A stretch of 6,372 bases of DNA from positions 3,414-9,785 of the forward strand of contig CAZDOL010000008.1 of the NCBI GenBank assembly GCA_964507075.1, read 5' to 3'. How positions within the stretch are numbered: the stretch's first letter is position 1; each line of letters starts with the position of its first letter. Shown here piece after piece: positions 4,575 to 6,372 of the stretch. The translations under genes were made by a program, and so were the position numbers. Origin of the DNA: an uncultured Gammaproteobacteria bacterium (GTDB lineage Bacteria; Patescibacteriota; Patescibacteriia; UBA2591; UBA6264). The notes under the pieces were generated by a model. That model did not search any database and was not told the DNA's origin. It saw nothing but the letters and a program-made list of their open reading frames with translations.

Positions 4575-4581
4575 AAAAATC

Positions 4582-6288
4582 ATGGCTTTTGAAAAAAGAA
4601 TTTTCAAGCTATCTTCTCAGAAAATAAAAAACTTGCCCTCTTTGAGACAGTTAAAGTACTTAAAACGCCTTTTAGGACAAAAGGAGAGAAAAATCATTCT
4701 TATTCTGTTCTGGCTGAGTTTAATTGCTCTATTTGGTTTGCTTTTATCTCTTTATTTCAAAAATTCTGAGATTAAACCAGCTTATGGCGGAACATATAGC
4801 GAAGGATTGATTGGTCAGCCCAAATTTATCAATCCCCTTTTAGCCAATAATGACATTGATCTAGCTATCAGTAATTTGATTTTTTCTAGTTTATTTAAAT
4901 ACAACGAAAACAGCGAATTGCAACCTGATTTAGCTAACACCTTGCCATCTGAGATAAATGAAAATAACAGAACAATCTGTTTAAAGCCTAATCTTTTATG
5001 GCATGATAAAAAAAAACTAACTACTGCTGATCTGGTTTTCACCCTGGAATTAATCCAAAAAATGGGATCAAAGTCGTCATTTTTTGAAAAATTAAAAAAT
5101 GCTCAATTTTCAATCATTGATGAAAACTGTTTTAGTTTTCAAAATGTTGAACCATCGGATTTATGCTTTGGAATTTTGCCTCAACATATTTGGCAAACAT
5201 TAGATCCTTTAAAAATAAATCAATCTTTGTATAATTTAAAACCAATAGGCAGTGGACCATTTCAATTCGTTTCTTTAGAAAACGATAATAAAGATGGCAT
5301 TAAAAGCTTTAAGCTAAAACAAAACAAAAATTATTACAACCAAGTCCCGTATATAGAACAAATAATTTTTAAATTCTATCAAGACTTTGGCCAAGCCACT
5401 CAATCTTTAAAGAAAAAGAACATAGACGGACTGGGACACATCCCACAAAACTTTAAGGGAGAAGTTGTTGGATTGAAAAAAATAAAATATTATGCAATAG
5501 GATTACCTTATTACACTGCTGCCTTTTTTAATTTAGATGATTCCCTTTTAAAAGACAAAAACATACGACAGGCATTAGCTTTGCTTACGCCTAAGGAAGA
5601 AATTTTAAACACTATTTTAGATCAAGATGGTATTATTATGGACGGTCCTCTTTTGCCTACCTCTGAATTAGTAAACCCCAATATTAAAAAGTATGAATAT
5701 AATCCTCAGTTAGCTCAAGAAATCTTAGAGAATGCTGGATGGGAAGATAATGCAAACGGATTTTTGCAAAAAAATGGAGATATTTTGGAGTTAAGCTTAA
5801 CTACGGTCGAAGAAACTGACTTTAGTAAAATTGCGATTTCATTACAACAATCTTGGCAAAAGGCAAATATTAAGATAAAATTGATATCCATTCCAGCAGA
5901 ACAGATACAAGAAGTTGTTAAAACGCGCAATTTTCAAATTTTCCTATACGGAATCTTACCCAAAACTGACTTTAATCCCTATTTTTTCTGGCATTCTTCG
6001 CAAAAAATATTCCCAGGCCTAAATTTAACTGGATTCAATAACCGTCGGATAGATGAATTGTTGGAAAAGGCCTATTATTTAAACGACACCGATGTGCAGA
6101 AAAAATATTATGATGAATTCCAAGAAATTATAGCAGCTAATGTTCCCGCCATATTCCTCTATAATACCACTTATGGCTATTTTATAAATGAAAAAATAAA
6201 AGGAATAAACATTTCTCAAATTGACCATCCCAAAGACAGATTTCAAGACATTGAAAATTGGTACATTAAAACCAAAAGAAAAATTTAA
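4582..6288 (+). CDS. ABC transporter substrate-binding protein, family 5 (peptide/nickel, DppA/OppA-like), with an N-terminal basic segment plus one transmembrane anchor
   Basis: Typical SBP_bac_5 N-terminal core (GGTYSEGLIGQPKFINPLLANNDIDLAISNLIFSSLFKYNENSELQPDLA) and length. I prefer the ATG at 4582, 7 nt after the secG stop. The track start at 4549 is a TTG lying inside secG. The hydrophobic span ILILFWLSLIALFGLLLSLYF has no lipobox cysteine. Confidence 0.85.
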   Translation: MAFEKRIFKLSSQKIKNLPSLRQLKYLKRLLGQKERKIILILFWLSLIALFGLLLSLYFKNSEIKPAYGGTYSEGLIGQPKFINPLLANNDIDLAISNLIFSSLFKYNENSELQPDLANTLPSEINENNRTICLKPNLLWHDKKKLTTADLVFTLELIQKMGSKSSFFEKLKNAQFSIIDENCFSFQNVEPSDLCFGILPQHIWQTLDPLKINQSLYNLKPIGSGPFQFVSLENDNKDGIKSFKLKQNKNYYNQVPYIEQIIFKFYQDFGQATQSLKKKNIDGLGHIPQNFKGEVVGLKKIKYYAIGLPYYTAAFFNLDDSLLKDKNIRQALALLTPKEEILNTILDQDGIIMDGPLLPTSELVNPNIKKYEYNPQLAQEILENAGWEDNANGFLQKNGDILELSLTTVEETDFSKIAISLQQSWQKANIKIKLISIPAEQIQEVVKTRNFQIFLYGILPKTDFNPYFFWHSSQKIFPGLNLTGFNNRRIDELLEKAYYLNDTDVQKKYYDEFQEIIAANVPAIFLYNTTYGYFINEKIKGINISQIDHPKDRFQDIENWYIKTKRKI

Positions 6289-6372
6289 GCCGAGGTGATG
6301 GAATTGGGAGACATGCAGCGTTCAGAGCGCTGTGAACGCAAGTTCGTGCGGGTTCAACTCCCGCCCTCGGCA
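6289..6372 (+). tRNA. tRNA-Leu (anticodon CAG), class II with a long variable arm. The window ends at the discriminator base, so CCA status is unknown
   Basis: GCCGAGG TG ATG GAATTGGGAGA CAT G CAGCG TTCAGAG CGCTG T GAAC GCAA GTTC GT GCGGG TTCAACT CCCGC CCTCGGC A. It has a perfect 7-bp acceptor stem, anticodon loop U-U-CAG-A-G, a stem-loop variable arm and discriminator A73, as in bacterial tRNA-Leu. Confidence 0.9.

Noticed and set aside
4549-4581. TTG start at 4549 for the SBP gene (ORF-track start)
   Set aside because: It would overlap secG by 26 nt and add a hydrophobic MLAFCWLNKKI extension. The ATG at 4582 follows the secG stop by 7 nt and is the simpler choice. Not excluded.
4815-5042. 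75-aa antisense ORF inside the SBP gene
   Set aside because: Antisense shadow ORF within a well-supported family-5 SBP coding region.
5715-5930. 71-aa antisense ORF inside the SBP gene
   Set aside because: Same reasoning: an antisense shadow ORF with no independent signals.
1-6372. Alternative genetic code (UGA recoding, as in some CPR lineages)
   Set aside because: All six complete CDSs stop at TAA or TAG and none needs an in-frame TGA to stay open. The window gives no evidence for or against recoding. Standard code 11 explains everything.

Overview
AT-rich window (about one-third G+C by eye) of compact housekeeping genes. The gene content and style fit a small-genome, Patescibacteria/CPR-like bacterium, but that placement is inference only. 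Order of features: (1) an edge-truncated hypothetical CDS on the minus strand (500..1) that the ORF track misses; (2) a 332-nt gene-free spacer (501-832) dense with repeats and hairpins; (3) tsaC/yrdC (minus); (4) a divergently transcribed small membrane protein; (5) a bidirectional terminator; (6) tRNA-Glu(CUC) (minus); (7) a 242-nt spacer carrying back-to-back promoters and a structured leader; (8) glyA overlapping folD; (9) secG; (10) a family-5 ABC substrate-binding protein with an N-terminal membrane anchor; (11) tRNA-Leu(CAG) starting on the base after that gene's stop codon. I see no transposase, CRISPR array, defence gene or obvious foreign DNA. The two things most worth a second look are non-coding. 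One is the promoter / SD + mini-ORF / hairpin / terminator leader upstream of glyA-folD, a possible new cis-regulator of a one-carbon operon or a separate sRNA. The other is the 560-836 spacer, which holds a 135-nt long-range inverted repeat bracketed by a 9-bp direct repeat (MITE-like or structured RNA), then two G5:C5-clamped hairpins each followed by a T-run on the plus strand, where no plus-strand gene is annotated. Both are hypotheses from sequence inspection. No homology search or folding computation was possible.
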